Positions 40,852 through 41,216 of a stretch of DNA of 41,216 nucleotides are shown in pieces. The notes below the pieces were generated by a model. The model was not told the DNA's origin and made no database searches. It was given only the letters and a program-made list of their open reading frames with translations. The stretch is from the IMG/VR virus record IMGVR_UViG_3300036782_000053, positions 1 to 41,216 of that record. One strand, written 5' to 3'. The first letter of the stretch is position 1. Each line of letters begins with the position of its first letter. This DNA comes from a virus. The position numbers and the translations under genes were made by a program.

Positions 40852-41216
40852 TTATAATAAACCTCGTTCTTCAAAGAAATCACGGAATATTTTATTTGCA
40901 ATTTTTGATTGATCTCCGCGTTTTGGTTTTTTACCTAATAGCTTTTGAAAAGCATCACGAACATCTTTATCTAAATGAAATCCTACAACTTTTTTATCAT
41001 TGTTGTCTTTTAATAATTCGAGGATATCTTCATTTGCTTTCTTTTTAACTTCTGGCTCTTTTGGATTATTGTTACCATTTTCTTCTTCATTAACGTTTTC
41101 ATTAATGTTTTCATCTTCATCAACGTTAACATTACCATTAACATTGTTGTTAACGTTATTACCCTGTTCATCTTCACCACTTCTTGTAGCACTTTCTCCA
41201 AATAAATCAGCTAATT
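40852..41216 (-). CDS. ParG-like ribbon-helix-helix partition protein, 3' part (gene truncated by the window edge; first 19 nt are at 146..128)
   Basis: Translated codon by codon with no stop from 41216 down to TAA (40852-40854). The C-terminal KKVVGFHLDKDVRDAFQKLLGKKPKRGDQSKIANKIFRDFFEERG fits a beta-strand/helix/helix RHH layout. The N-terminal half is an N/V/D/E low-complexity tail. Confidence 0.65.
   Translation of the reverse strand, partial: LADLFGESATRSGEDEQGNNVNNNVNGNVNVDEDENINENVNEEENGNNNPKEPEVKKKANEDILELLKDNNDKKVVGFHLDKDVRDAFQKLLGKKPKRGDQSKIANKIFRDFFEERGLL
41090..41216. repeat. Second copy of the 127-bp terminal overlap (identical to 1-127)
   Basis: See the first feature. Confidence 0.95.

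Noticed and set aside
40710-41201. Track ORFs 40710..40901 (minus) and 41010..41201 (minus) with NININVNV / LMKMKTLMK low-complexity sequence
   Set aside because: These are wrong-frame or intergenic readings through the AACGTT/TTAAC repeat DNA. The frame that joins across the junction to an ATG at 146 gives a coherent RHH protein instead.
1-41216. Search for integrase/attP, transposase or insertion-sequence ends
   Set aside because: No ORF shows recombinase or transposase hallmarks by eye, and no terminal inverted repeats were seen. The absence is reported as a finding, not proven; a sensitive HMM search is needed.

Overview
The window is one complete, closed temperate siphovirus-type genome from a visibly AT-rich Firmicute. 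Gene content and GGAGG-type ribosome-binding sites look like the Bacillus cereus group, but that assignment is inference. Bases 1-127 are identical to 41090-41216, so the unit is 41,089 bp, and one gene reads across the window junction.

Gene order:
- Minus-strand maintenance and decision block, junction to ~5.1 kb: type-Ib partition operon (ParA plus a small ribbon-helix-helix ParG-like protein); an RRNPP/arbitrium-like cassette; an XRE regulator behind a LexA-type box; a Rep-like initiator; a cI-like repressor.
- Plus-strand early genes, 5.3-16.9 kb: cro-like gene, sigma factor, Sak4-like ATPase, DUF669-like protein, primase-helicase, candidate lytic origin, two YopX genes, ERCC4 nuclease, glutaredoxin-like protein, dUTPase, ThyX, ArpU-like late regulator.
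- Packaging and virion genes, 17.4-35.7 kb: HNH, cos-like G/C tracts, TerS, TerL, HK97-type portal, ClpP-like protease, capsid, neck and tail genes with a -1 frameshift chaperone, tape measure, Dit, Tal, beta-helix tailspike.
- O-acyltransferase moron, then holin and amidase.
- Terminal accessory module, 38.2-40.7 kb: XRE regulator, a phased 12-bp repeat array, a small membrane protein, an FtsK/SpoIIIE-like ATPase and a replication-relaxation protein.

I found no integrase, recombinase or transposase, so the element looks like a plasmid-prophage.

Most interesting points:
- The peptide-signalling cassette. Its 42-aa pre-peptide gene, operator-like inverted repeat and 46-aa output ORF are all absent from the ORF track.
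- The 12-bp array, whose unit recurs inside an inverted repeat in the rep promoter.
- The palindrome modules that bracket, and appear to invade, the par operon.

All functional calls come from motifs read by eye. No database search was run.
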